Origin: Alphaproteobacteria bacterium | Lineage (GTDB): Bacteria > Pseudomonadota > Alphaproteobacteria > MPNO01 > UBA830 | Assembly: GCA_964291215.2 (NCBI GenBank) | Contig: OZ219790.1 | Location: 2,176,001 to 2,240,000 of the forward strand | Direction: 5' to 3' | DNA length: 64,000 nucleotides | Shown here: positions 30,974-40,670 of the stretch, one piece after another | Layout: each line of letters begins with the position of its first letter | How positions within the stretch are numbered: position 1 is the stretch's first letter | Notes under the pieces: model-generated | Told to the model about the DNA's origin: nothing | What the model saw: only the letters and a program-made list of their open reading frames with translations | Database searches by the model: none | Program-made: the position numbers and the translations under genes

Positions 30974-31681
30974 TCAGGACCGAGCGTCGCCCGAATGGTT
31001 GCCGGACCGCTGCGTCCTGCCGCGCGCCCTGCCCTCGAGGCCGCGCCTGAACTTGTCGAGATGTGGGCCCTCGGGCGGCAGCTCGAAGACCGATTCCACC
31101 GATGTGTAGTCGAAATACCCCATCCGCGCGAGCGGCCGGCACTTCACGATGTCGATCCTGCCGTCCTCCGCGATCACTTCATCGCTGATGTGGACGCCGA
31201 TGACCTCGCCTACGACGACATAGGTCAAGTTGTCGAGACTGTTGCCAGGCAGCGTCAGGGTCGCGTGATAGCGGCACTCAAGATGCACCGGCGACGCCTT
31301 GACGCGCGGCGGCGCGACCAGCCGCGACGAAATCATCTCAAGCCCGGCCAATTCTGCCTCATCGACATGCGGCTCGACCATGCGTGCCGTCGTGTTGACG
31401 CAGTCGCGCAACTCCCATGTCGCCATGTTGCACACGAATTCGCCAGTCAGAAGCGCATTGCGCGCGCTGTCCTTGGGGCCGCCATCCGCAAAGTGCGACC
31501 CCGACGAGAACATGACGTAGGGCGGATCGTAACCGAGATTGTTGAACTGGCTGTAGGGCGCAAGGTTGATTATGCCGTCAGGATCGAGCGTGGTGATCCA
31601 CCCGATTGGCCGCGGCACGACGATCGACTTGTAGGGGTCACGAGGAAGTCCGTGATCGTTCGTTGCGGTCTCGTAGAACAT
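30974..31681 (-). CDS. Flavin reductase family protein (DIM6/NTAB-like)
   Basis: IVVPRPIGWITT, NLAPYSQFN, KDSARN, SPVHLEC, LARMGY. Confidence 0.9.
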   Translation of the reverse strand: MFYETATNDHGLPRDPYKSIVVPRPIGWITTLDPDGIINLAPYSQFNNLGYDPPYVMFSSGSHFADGGPKDSARNALLTGEFVCNMATWELRDCVNTTARMVEPHVDEAELAGLEMISSRLVAPPRVKASPVHLECRYHATLTLPGNSLDNLTYVVVGEVIGVHISDEVIAEDGRIDIVKCRPLARMGYFDYTSVESVFELPPEGPHLDKFRRGLEGRARGRTQRSGNHSGDARS

Positions 31682-31731
31682 GGCTACCTCCCAGTCTCGG
31701 ATGCGGAATGCGGCGGCGTAGCGCGACGATG

Positions 31732-32622
31732 TCAGCCGCCACCGGCGGCGATGTTGTCGATCAGGCGGGTCCTGCCCAACCATGCCGCAGCGAAGACCCT
31801 GAGTCCGGGACCGTGGCGCAACGCCGGGCGCAGCGTCGTCGCCTCGCGGACCTCAAGATAGTCGACGCGGTCGAAGCCCGCCACGCGCAGCGCCGCCCGG
31901 CCGCCGCCGCAGGCGGCAGCGATGTCCGAGCCCGGCGCAAGGTCTTGCGCTATCTTCTGGAGAGTCTCGTGAAGGACCGGGGCGATGCGGCGCTCGACCG
32001 GGGACAGATAGGCGTTTCGCGAAGACAGCGCCAGACCATCGGGTTCGCGGACGATCGGCATCCCAATCACCCGGACCGGGAACCCGAGATCGGCGACCAT
32101 CCGCTCTATGATGCGGAACTGCTGATAGTCCTTTTCCCCGAAATACGCGATGTCGGGACGACAGTGGCGAAGCAGGCGCGCAACGACGGTCACCACCCCG
32201 TCAAAGTGCCCCGGCCGCACCGCACCGCAGAGGCCGTCCGCGAGCTCCGGCGCCGCGGCGAGCGACGCCACCGGGCCGTCGGGATAGATATCGCCGACAC
32301 CGGGGGCGTAGACGATGTCGACGCCGTGCGCACCAAACAGTTCAAGGTCGCGCCTCTCATCGCGCGGATAGCGCTCGAAATCCTCGCCCGGTGCGAACTG
32401 AGTCGGGTTGACGAACAGGCTCGCGACCACGGCGCCACAGTCCGCCCGCGCCCGACGCACCAGCGAAAGGTGACCGTTATGGAGCGCGCCCATGGTCGGA
32501 ACCAAGGCGACCGTTGCGCCGCTCCGGCGATGGGGCGACAGCGCCTTGTCGATCTCAGGCGGGTCGCGTGCAACGGCCGGGAGGATGGCGTCCGGAACGG
32601 CGCTGTCGTGACGCTGCGTCAC
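31732..32622 (-). CDS. panC: Pantoate--beta-alanine ligase
   Basis: VPTMGALHNGH, FVNPTQF, RPGHFDGV, FGEKDYQQ, DGLALSSRN, RLIDN. Confidence 0.97.
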   Translation of the reverse strand: MTQRHDSAVPDAILPAVARDPPEIDKALSPHRRSGATVALVPTMGALHNGHLSLVRRARADCGAVVASLFVNPTQFAPGEDFERYPRDERRDLELFGAHGVDIVYAPGVGDIYPDGPVASLAAAPELADGLCGAVRPGHFDGVVTVVARLLRHCRPDIAYFGEKDYQQFRIIERMVADLGFPVRVIGMPIVREPDGLALSSRNAYLSPVERRIAPVLHETLQKIAQDLAPGSDIAAACGGGRAALRVAGFDRVDYLEVREATTLRPALRHGPGLRVFAAAWLGRTRLIDNIAAGGG

Positions 32623-32628
32623 GCGGCG

Positions 32629-33483
32629 TCAGGACTTGAGGTGGCGGACCTCGGCCCCATCGGCTCTCGGCGCCCCGAAACACTGTTCGGGCGCCGGAAA
32701 ACGCCGGGCGCGGACGTCATCGGCATAGGCCGCCGCCGCCACTCCAAGATCACGGCCGAACTCGGCGTAGCGGCGGACGAATTTCGGGGTGAACCCGTCG
32801 AACATGCCAACGAGATCCTCTGTCACCAGTACCTGACCGTCGCAGGCCGGCGAAGCGCCGATCCCGATCGTCGGCACCGGAACGACGGCGGTAATCTCGC
32901 GCGCAACCGGCTCCATCACCCCCTCGACGACCAGAGAGAAAGCGCCGGCATCGGCCACGGCGCGGGCGTCGTCGATAATCTGGCGGGCTGTCGCCATGTC
33001 CTTGCCCTGGATGCGGAAACCGCCATAGGCATGCACCGACTGCGGCATCAGCCCGACATGCCCCATGACCGGGATGCCACGCCGGGCGAGGAACTCTACG
33101 GTTCCGGCCATCGCCACACCGCCTTCAAGCTTGATGCCGTCGCAACCGGTCTCGCACATGATGCGCGCAGCATTGCGATAGGCGAGCTCCGGCGACTCCT
33201 GATAGGATGCGAACGGCATGTCGACGACGACGCAAGCATGCTGCGCGCCACGAACCACGGCAGCGCCATGGTTAATCATCATGTCGACAGAGACGGCAAG
33301 CGTGGTCTCAAGCCCATAGACCACCATGCCGAGGGAATCCCCGACAAGGAGGCAATCGACGTGGCTGTCGAGTATCCGCGCCGTCGGCGCCGTGTAAGCG
33401 GTCAGCACGACTATCGGGTCCCCGCCCTTGCGTGCTGCCAGTTCCGGTGCTGAAATTCGCTTGATCCGGCTAGGGGAACTCAT
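32629..33483 (-). CDS. panB: 3-methyl-2-oxobutanoate hydroxymethyltransferase
   Basis: [39 protein letters not shown]. Confidence 0.97.
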   Translation of the reverse strand: MSSPSRIKRISAPELAARKGGDPIVVLTAYTAPTARILDSHVDCLLVGDSLGMVVYGLETTLAVSVDMMINHGAAVVRGAQHACVVVDMPFASYQESPELAYRNAARIMCETGCDGIKLEGGVAMAGTVEFLARRGIPVMGHVGLMPQSVHAYGGFRIQGKDMATARQIIDDARAVADAGAFSLVVEGVMEPVAREITAVVPVPTIGIGASPACDGQVLVTEDLVGMFDGFTPKFVRRYAEFGRDLGVAAAAYADDVRARRFPAPEQCFGAPRADGAEVRHLKS

Positions 33484-33677
33484 CGTTTTCCTCCGCTGTC
33501 CGACACCAATAGCCGCCAGACGCCGCGTCGCCGAAGAGTGCGGACGGAACCTACCAGCCCTGTCCGTATAGTCAATCGCCACCGCATTGCCAGGGATCGA
33601 AGGTCGCACGTGTTGACAACCGATATCCGCGCAACAGCAACGCGCCGCGCCCGACCGCCGCGGCCGGACGCCTGTCG

Positions 33678-34535
33678 ATGAACGCCGCCGCCAGGGGCGC
33701 GCTGTGGATGATCGGTGCGGCGGCGGCGCTGACCGCGATGGCCGTCTGCATCCGCTACCTGCCCGCCTATTCCGTTCTCCTGCTGATCTTCCTGCGCAAC
33801 GTCATCAACCTCGGGCTGCTGGCGCCATCGCTGCTGCGCCACGGCAGCGGCATCTTCCGGACGCAGCGGTTCGGGACCCATGCGCTCCGCAACGCTTTCC
33901 TCTACGGCGGCAACGTGGCATGGTTCTACGGCGTGACCATGGTCTCGCTCGCCGATGTCGCCGCGCTCCAGTTCACCTCGCCGCTGTTCACCGCCCTGAT
34001 CGCTGCCATGTTCCTCGGCGAACGCCTCGACAGCCATCGCGCGCTCGCCATCATCGCTGGCTTCGCCGGCGCGGTCGCAATCATCCGCCCCGGGCTCATC
34101 CCGATGAATTCGGGAACCCTCCTCGTGTTGCTGGCGGCCTTCCTCTATTCCTGCGCCCATGTCGTGACCAAACGCCTGTCCGACACAGAATCGGGGAGCA
34201 CCGTGGTTTTCTTCATGAGCGTCACCATTCTCGCCTATTCGGCAATACCCGCCGCCATGGTCTGGGAGGTGCCGGCGGCCGCGGAGCTTCCGGCGATCAT
34301 CGGGCTCGGCATCACCGGTTACGCCACCCATTACTGCCTCACGCGTTCACTGGCCGAGGCGGACGCGACGTTCGTGATCGCCTTCGACTTCTTCCGCCTG
34401 CCGTTTTCGGTCGCACTCGGCTGGCTGCTGTTCACCGAGATCCTGGACGCATGGACCGGTTTCGGTGCGCTGGTGATATTCGCGGCAGGCTACTACAGCA
34501 CCGTGTGCGAGGGCAAGCAGCGCGGTCCGGAGTAG
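33678..34535 (+). CDS. DMT/EamA family transporter
   Basis: Multi-helix hydrophobic protein, FTSPLF..FLGE. Confidence 0.85.
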   Translation: MNAAARGALWMIGAAAALTAMAVCIRYLPAYSVLLLIFLRNVINLGLLAPSLLRHGSGIFRTQRFGTHALRNAFLYGGNVAWFYGVTMVSLADVAALQFTSPLFTALIAAMFLGERLDSHRALAIIAGFAGAVAIIRPGLIPMNSGTLLVLLAAFLYSCAHVVTKRLSDTESGSTVVFFMSVTILAYSAIPAAMVWEVPAAAELPAIIGLGITGYATHYCLTRSLAEADATFVIAFDFFRLPFSVALGWLLFTEILDAWTGFGALVIFAAGYYSTVCEGKQRGPE

Positions 34536-34595
34536 ACCGGACGATCAGCCAAAGCAGCAAGCCGCCGGCAACCGGCGATATGGTATGATGCCATC

Positions 34596-35816
34596 ATGAA
34601 CGATTCTTCCCCGTCCGGGGATCCGCCCCACCGAGCTCATCCGGCAATCAGGATTCGTCCCAGGCACAGTCGGCGCGTGCGCACCGGCCATCCATGGATC
34701 TATTCCAACGAGCTTGAGGCATCACCGGAAACGCAGGCGCTCGCCCCCGGCGCGGTGGTGACGGTCGTCGATTCCGGCGGCGAGCGGATCGGCACCGCAA
34801 CCTTCAATCCAGGCCACCTGATCGCGGCGCGGATGCTCACGCGCGATGCCGACACCGTGATCGATGCCGCTTGGCTCGCAGGCCGGCTCCAACGCGCCTG
34901 CGCGCTGCGCGACCGTATGCTGGACGCGCCGTATTACCGGCTCGTCCATGGCGAGGCCGACGGCCTGCCCGGCCTTGTTGTCGACCGTTACGGCAAGGTC
35001 TGCGTGGCGCAGCTCAATTCGGCTGGCATGGAGCAGCTTGACGGGGTGCTCGGCGAAGCCCTGTTCGGAACGCTTCCGATCGAGGGCGTTGTGGTTCGGC
35101 GCGACGGGAGCGGCCGCCGCTTCGAAGGCCTCGACAGCGCCCCGCCGATTTCGTTGGGCAAGACCGAAACGCCGATCCGGGTCGTAGAGAACGGCTGCGG
35201 GTTCCTTGTCGACCCTCTCGAAGGGCAGAAGACCGGCTGGTTCTTCGACCACCGCGAGAATCGCGCCCGGGCCGCGACGCTGGCGGCGGGCTGCAGCGTC
35301 CTCGACCTCTATTGTTATCTCGGCGGTTTCGGCATGCAGGCCGCCGCCAGCGGCGCGGCCTCGGTACTCGGCGTCGACCGTTCCGCACCCGCCCTCGATC
35401 TGGCCCGGCGGACGGCAGCGGAAAACGGACTCGCCGACCGCTGCCGGTTCCTGCGTGGCGAGGTATTCGAAGCACTTGGGGAGTTTGCGGCGGAAGGCCG
35501 GACCTTCGATGTCGTGATCGCCGATCCGCCAGCGTTCGTGAAGGTCCGCAAGGACCTCAAGCCCGGTCTCAGGGGGTACCGCAAGCTCGTCCGCCTGGCC
35601 GCTGCCGCGACTGCCCCGGGCGGCATCCTGTGCGTGGCATCGTGTTCGTTCCATGTCGACGCTCCGATGCTCGGCGAGCAGATCCGGCGCGGCCTCGCCG
35701 ACGCCCGGCGTTCCGCCCGCATACTTCATCTCGGGGGCGCCGGACCGGACCATCCCGTGCATCCGCATCTTGCGGAGAGCGCCTATCTGAAGTGTTTTTT
35801 TCTTCAACTGGATTGA
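34596..35816 (+). CDS. rlmI: RlmI-like SAM-dependent rRNA methyltransferase
   Basis: GHPWIYSNE PUA domain, EADGLPGLVVDRY, GQKTGWFFDHRENR, DPPAF, DHPV..YLK. Confidence 0.88.
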   Translation: MNDSSPSGDPPHRAHPAIRIRPRHSRRVRTGHPWIYSNELEASPETQALAPGAVVTVVDSGGERIGTATFNPGHLIAARMLTRDADTVIDAAWLAGRLQRACALRDRMLDAPYYRLVHGEADGLPGLVVDRYGKVCVAQLNSAGMEQLDGVLGEALFGTLPIEGVVVRRDGSGRRFEGLDSAPPISLGKTETPIRVVENGCGFLVDPLEGQKTGWFFDHRENRARAATLAAGCSVLDLYCYLGGFGMQAAASGAASVLGVDRSAPALDLARRTAAENGLADRCRFLRGEVFEALGEFAAEGRTFDVVIADPPAFVKVRKDLKPGLRGYRKLVRLAAAATAPGGILCVASCSFHVDAPMLGEQIRRGLADARRSARILHLGGAGPDHPVHPHLAESAYLKCFFLQLD

Positions 35817-35889
35817 GCGGCGGCGCGATCCGCGCTATCGACTGAGCACTGACGGCCGAACCGGCAATGTTCCTGCAGGGAGACCCGAA

Positions 35890-36516
35890 ATGCTGAAGAT
35901 TCTGGGGCGCGCGACCTCGTCCAACGTGCAAAAGGTTGTCTGGCTATGCAACGAGACCGGGCTGCCGTTCGAGCGCACGGACATAGGCGGCCCCTTCGGC
36001 GGCAATGATCAGCCGGATTACTTGGCGCTCAACCCCAACGGCGTCATCCCGACCATCGATGACGACGGTTTCGTGCTGTGGGAATCAAATTCGATAGTCC
36101 GCTACCTCGCCGAGAAGCACGCTGCCGGCACCGGGCTCTGGCCTGACGACCTGCAGGCGCGCGCCAGCGCGGGACGATGGATGGACTGGTCGACATCGAC
36201 GCTCGCCAGCCGTCACGTGCCGGTTTATCAGGGACTGATCAGGACGCCGGAAGAAAAGCGCGACCATGACCGCATCGCGGCATCGCGCATGCATTGGAGC
36301 AATGCGAACGCCATCCTGAACTCTTGGCTGTCGTCGCACGCCTACCTTTCGGGCGACGAGTTCGGAATCGGAGACATTCCCGCCGCGCCCTTCACCCATC
36401 GCTGGTTCAGCCTAGACATCGAGCGCGAGGACTATCCCAACCTGAGACGCTGGTATGACGCGATCTGCGAACGCGACGCGTTCCGCAGGAGCGTCATCGA
36501 CATCGGGCTTCACTGA
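35890..36516 (+). CDS. Glutathione S-transferase (GstB-like)
   Basis: GRATSSNVQKV, LNPNG, LWESNSIVRYL. Confidence 0.9.
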   Translation: MLKILGRATSSNVQKVVWLCNETGLPFERTDIGGPFGGNDQPDYLALNPNGVIPTIDDDGFVLWESNSIVRYLAEKHAAGTGLWPDDLQARASAGRWMDWSTSTLASRHVPVYQGLIRTPEEKRDHDRIAASRMHWSNANAILNSWLSSHAYLSGDEFGIGDIPAAPFTHRWFSLDIEREDYPNLRRWYDAICERDAFRRSVIDIGLH

Positions 36517-36649
36517 ATCTCCACCACCGCAGGCCGTTCAGGACCCGGATCCGGAACAGCGCCTTGTCATGCGCGCGGCCGTACCGGCGCGGGCTCGACC
36601 GGCAAGCGGCGGCGTCTGCAAGGACCGCACGAGGCAGATTGGCGACGGA

Positions 36650-36976
36650 TCACCTCCAGAACCGCCGCGGGCGGCGGCGGCTCGAGGCGATCCACAGCAG
36701 GACAAGCCCGGGTACGCCGAAAACGGCCCACGCCGGAAATTCCAGGATGGTCTGCACGACCGCTTCCCACAGCCATGCCCAAACATAGCGCTGGACAACC
36801 GCTTGCGAGATATTCAGTGACGCCGTCCCTAGAATCTGGTCTAGGCGGAACCAGATCTCGCCGAACGGAACCAGCCGGTACCCGTCGCTGCCGACCGCCA
36901 GAGAGACCTCGAATCCTGCAGCGAGAACGGCAAGCACCAGCAGAATCCAGCCGATCAGGCGCAACACCATGTTCAT
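36650..36976 (-). CDS. Small hypothetical membrane protein
   Basis: Two hydrophobic segments, SLNISQAVVQRY, basic tail. Confidence 0.6.
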   Translation of the reverse strand: MNMVLRLIGWILLVLAVLAAGFEVSLAVGSDGYRLVPFGEIWFRLDQILGTASLNISQAVVQRYVWAWLWEAVVQTILEFPAWAVFGVPGLVLLWIASSRRRPRRFWR

Positions 36977-37193
36977 CCTTCCGCATGCGTGACGGGCAGC
37001 GATGGCTATCGTCCCGCACCCCGCTGCCGCAGGCGCCTCCAAACACGGTTTTTCATATGTTATGAGGGATGAGCGAGTTGGTCAAAGCGCCGGAAAATCC
37101 GGCCGCCGCAGAACACTGTAGTCGGAATCGGCGGCGCCACCGCGTTTCGGAGATATTGTCGATCACCGCGGCATCGTGCATATTCCGCATCGT

Positions 37194-37284
37194 GGAGGGA
37201 TGGCCGAGCGGCTTAAGGCGCACGCTTGGAAAGCGTGTATACGGTGACCCCGTATCGTGGGTTCGAATCCCACTCCCTCCGCCA
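37194..37284 (+). tRNA. tRNA-Ser(GGA)
   Basis: GGAGGGA/TCCCTCC acceptor stem, anticodon arm CACGC-TTGGAAA-GCGTG, long variable arm, GTTCGAATC, encoded CCA. Confidence 0.98.
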
Positions 37285-37619
37285 CCCCGCACTTTCTAAG
37301 TCGTAAAGCCCATAATTTGCCATCTGTTCTCACCATGGGTGCGCACAGGAGGAAAGCTAATGCCCGAACATTAGCTGTTAACGCGAAAAAGGGCGCCGAT
37401 GGTCGCCAGCGCCCTCGATTGTATAGAGAGTTTCGGTCGGTCAGCCCGACAGGACAAAAAAAGACACCCAAAGAAGCTCGCCAAGTGCATGGTGAGAATT
37501 TACGGGTGTCCCATGCCCTGTCAACAGGTAGCGGCCGCTAACGACTCTCTCAGCAGAATTTTTTTCGGGCCGGTTCGCCCGCCATGGACACCAGAGAACG
37601 TCCCCCTCTCGATCCGCCA

Positions 37620-38040
37620 CCGGATCCGGGCTGCGCTCGCCTCGCCCGAACGTGATCAGATCGATCCCCTCCGCCCCGGCAAACCGCTCGAGCGCCGCGA
37701 CACAGGCCCGCGTCATCGGCGCCATCAGGGCCGAAAACGGCACCGGCATGCCGCGAACATTCCGCAACAAGTAGGCCACGCCACCCGGCGCCTGAAGCAT
37801 CGGCACGTAGCCGTTGAGATACAGCCTGTCGAGGCATTCAAGCTCCAGCGTGACGTGCTCGCGAAGAACCTCACCGGCGCTCCGTGCCATAGTCATCGTC
37901 AGGACTCCGTTCAATGGGGTCACCACATGGCACATTGCCACCAACGCCCAACCGCGACCATCAGGCGGATCACTCCGCAGAGCGGAACAGCGAACCGAGT
38001 CCGCAGACCTCTCGTCGGTCTGAGGCGAAACCTCGCTGGG
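37620..38040 (-). mobile_element. 5' fragment and leader of an uncharacterised mobile-element-associated gene
   Basis: MARSAGEVLREHVTLELECLDRLYLNGYVPMLQ..FGRGER, then truncated; recognised from memory as the start of a widespread ~500-aa family. Confidence 0.5.
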
Positions 38041-38283
38041 CTTTGCTGTCTTCTGCTGTCCGGAGGTTTCACGGTGTGCCGGATTTTCTGGCTTCGGGGC
38101 CGTCCGCGGTCGTCGCCGGCACGTGGGCGGGTTGTTTTCGGGATGTGGGCGGGTTGTGGGCGGCGTCCGGGAATCGGCCGGACACCATTGGCGCTCAGGG
38201 CTGCGACGGCTTCCCGGCGGTCGAGCCGCCGCCGTGTTTCGGCGAGGCTCTCGCGTCGGTTGGCGAAGATCGCCGCGAGCGCG
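38041..38283 (-). mobile_element. ISAs1 family 3' remnant
   Basis: Inverted near-copy of 45487-45727. Confidence 0.75.
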
Positions 38284-38565
38284 GGGGCCGATATTCTCTA
38301 CGGCAGCGACCGCAAAGACTGGCTCCGTGGTGAGGCGGGGGACGACATCCTCTACGGCAATACCGGCTACCTCTACGGCAATACCGGCTACGACATGCTC
38401 TACGGCGGCAACGACGGAGACCGCACGGCCACGAAGGCGACGAACTCCTCTATGGCGGCATCGGCGACGACATCCTCAATGGCGAGGCCGGCGACGACAG
38501 ACTCCACGGCGACGAAGGTGACGACATCCTCAAGGGTAGCGACGGCAGTGATCGGTTTATCTTTA

Positions 38566-40157
38566 GTAACTGCTCACCCCCTGGTTCCGGCTTGATGTCG
38601 GGGTAGAGTAACGAACGGGTTTTCGTGGAGATTTGACACTGCAGGCCGATTCGTTTAGTGGTGGTTATCGAGAACGACGAGGACCGCCAGTGGGCTACTT
38701 TGGATCGAAGGCGACGAGCAGGCTGTGCCAGCTGCTTCCGGGGCTCCAGCCTCCGCATGATCTGTATGTGGAAACGCATCCGGGAGACGGCGCGCTGATG
38801 AAGCGCAAGGCGGAGTACCGGAAGATGCCGCCGGGTGAGCGCCAGGCGATGCTCGCAACGATCATGACCGTCGAGGCCGGGTGATGGCGACGGTCAACGC
38901 GGCGCGCGAGGAGTTCGAAGCGGCCAAGACCGCGGCGCTGCCGGCAAGGTGGCGGAAGAGGCCGTGATCCGCGTCCTCGTCATCCTGCTCGACATCCTCA
39001 TCGTCGTCCTTCTGGAGAAGACTACGCACGAGCCGGAACTCCGGTCTGCCGCCGTCACAGACGGACGAGAGCGTGCCGGAAGCAACGGCAAGGGCCCGAA
39101 GCCGAACCGGCAGATGGGCGACAACCTGCGCAAGACCATCGTCGAGGAGACGGTCGCGGCCTGCGACGCCTGCGGCGCCGACATCGACGGCCCCGTCGAT
39201 CGGGAGCGCCGCACGACATCGTGTTCGAGGTCGTCGAGCGCCGCGCCGAGATCAAGGAATGCCCGAAGTGCAAGGCCCGGGGCCGGTTCCCCGACAACAT
39301 CCCGTGCAGTACGGCATCGGCATCCAGGCCCTCGTCATCAACCTGCTGGTCGCCCAGATGCTATCCCTGCGCCGTCGCGTTCGTGCAGGCGATCTCCGGC
39401 ATCAAGCTCTCCGAGGCCTCGGCTATGCTTTCACGATGCGTCATGGGAGGAGGCCGCCGTGGCGCACCTCCTGCAACGCCCGATGTCGACGATTTCGGAT
39501 CAACAGTAAGTGGCTCCATGTCGTGGGACCCTGACGTGCAAGTTCCCGCACCGCAAGCGCGGGCAAGAGATCGGCCCGTGCTACAAGGGCGTCCTGGTCC
39601 ACGACTGCTGGGCCTCGTACATGGGCTATGACCAATGTAGCCACCAGCTGTGCGGCAGCCACCTGCTGCGCGAACTGACCTTTGTCGTCGAGGCTACCGC
39701 GCGACTGATGAAGAGCCTGCTCCGCGAGGTCTGCCACAAGGTCAACAAGAGCGCATCCAAAACCCTGAACGACGCCGGGCGCGAGCGCTACCGCACCATC
39801 AGGGCGCCAGGGAACTGCCCGACATCCCGCCGAAAGGAAAACGTGGACGCAAGTCCGACGCGCACAACCTGCACGAACGTCTCGTGAAACACGAAAACCT
39901 GCGCTTCACAGACGACCCCAACGTCAGCTTCACCAACAATGCCGGAGAACAGAAAATCAGGATGGCAAAGGTCAAGGTGTCCGGATGCTTCCGCTCCACG
40001 CAAAAGCATGGTGCCGGGGCTCAAGCTACCTCACCTCCATGGCCGCACTCGGCTACAACCCACTCGTCGCCACCCAGATCGCCCTCGACGGAAAAGCCGC
40101 AGACATCATCAACGAGCACTATGGCCAATCAGAACCCAACAAGGGGTGAGTAGATAC
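38566..40157 (+). mobile_element. IS66 family (single-ORF, ISBst12-like) element with methyltransferase passenger, degraded
   Basis: TIR GTAACTGCTCACCCC / GGGGTGAGTAGATAC; 8-bp TSD TATCTTTA at 38558-38565 and 40158-40165; LVHDCWASY, HQLCGSHLLREL, FTNNAGEQKIRMAK. Confidence 0.92.
38690..38884 (+). pseudogene. DNA adenine methyltransferase relic (internally deleted)
   Basis: GYFGSKA..PPHDLYVETHPGDGALM resembles Dam-family motif X/I (Y.G.K..PPH..Y.E.F.G.G); stop overlaps the transposase ATG (TGATG at 38882-38886). Confidence 0.65.
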
Positions 40158-40670
40158 TATCTTTATTGATTACCGGGACAACGGTAGCGACACGATCGTC
40201 GATTTTCAGGACAGCCGGGACGTCATCAACATCAGGGATGTGCAGGTGCAGACCCGTATTTCGTATGACGGTGGCCTCACCTGGGTCGGAGAAAATGTCG
40301 GAAGCGGGAGCTTCGACGATCTCACCATTGTCCAAATCGGGCGACGACACGGTCATCACCTACGATGGCGGGTCAATCATGTTGGAGGGGATCCAGGCGT
40401 CGCAAATCACCGAGGCCGATTTCGACTTCATTGGCTGAGGCGGCAATACGTCATGTCGCCCGAGGTGTGCGATGCGGGCGCACCTGCGGTGCAAGGTGAT
40501 CTCATGCTTGTTGATGTGATGTGATCGGAGTTCTGATGGGTGCAGTTCTCGCATGGCGAATGCAAGTCATTGATTTAACGCGGTTGTGTGGTCGCGAGGC
40601 AGCGGCAAAAACGGGTTTTCGTGACAATCGCCCGTTTCAGGACAGGATTTTGTCACGGGCCGAGCGGTGG

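Larger units (their letters stand above)
38286..40438 (+). pseudogene. RTX/hemolysin-type calcium-binding protein relic split by IS66
   Basis: Nonapeptide repeats GEAGDDILY, GGIGDDILN, GDEGDDILK; removing the IS66 and one TSD restores DRFIF-IDYRDNGSDTIVDF. Confidence 0.8.

Noticed and set aside
37364-37570. Integron attC sites (AGCTAATG/CATTAGCT hairpin, GCTAAC motif)
   Set aside because: No paired R''/R' boxes with cassette ORFs and no integron integrase in the window.
38286-38565. CRISPR-like or non-coding repeat array
   Set aside because: The repeats encode RTX nonapeptides; there are no unique spacers or cas genes.
40560-40660. Element end or recombination site (AAGTCATTGATTTAA, CGTGACAA/TTGTCACG inverted repeat)
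   Set aside because: No partner end or cognate enzyme could be identified.
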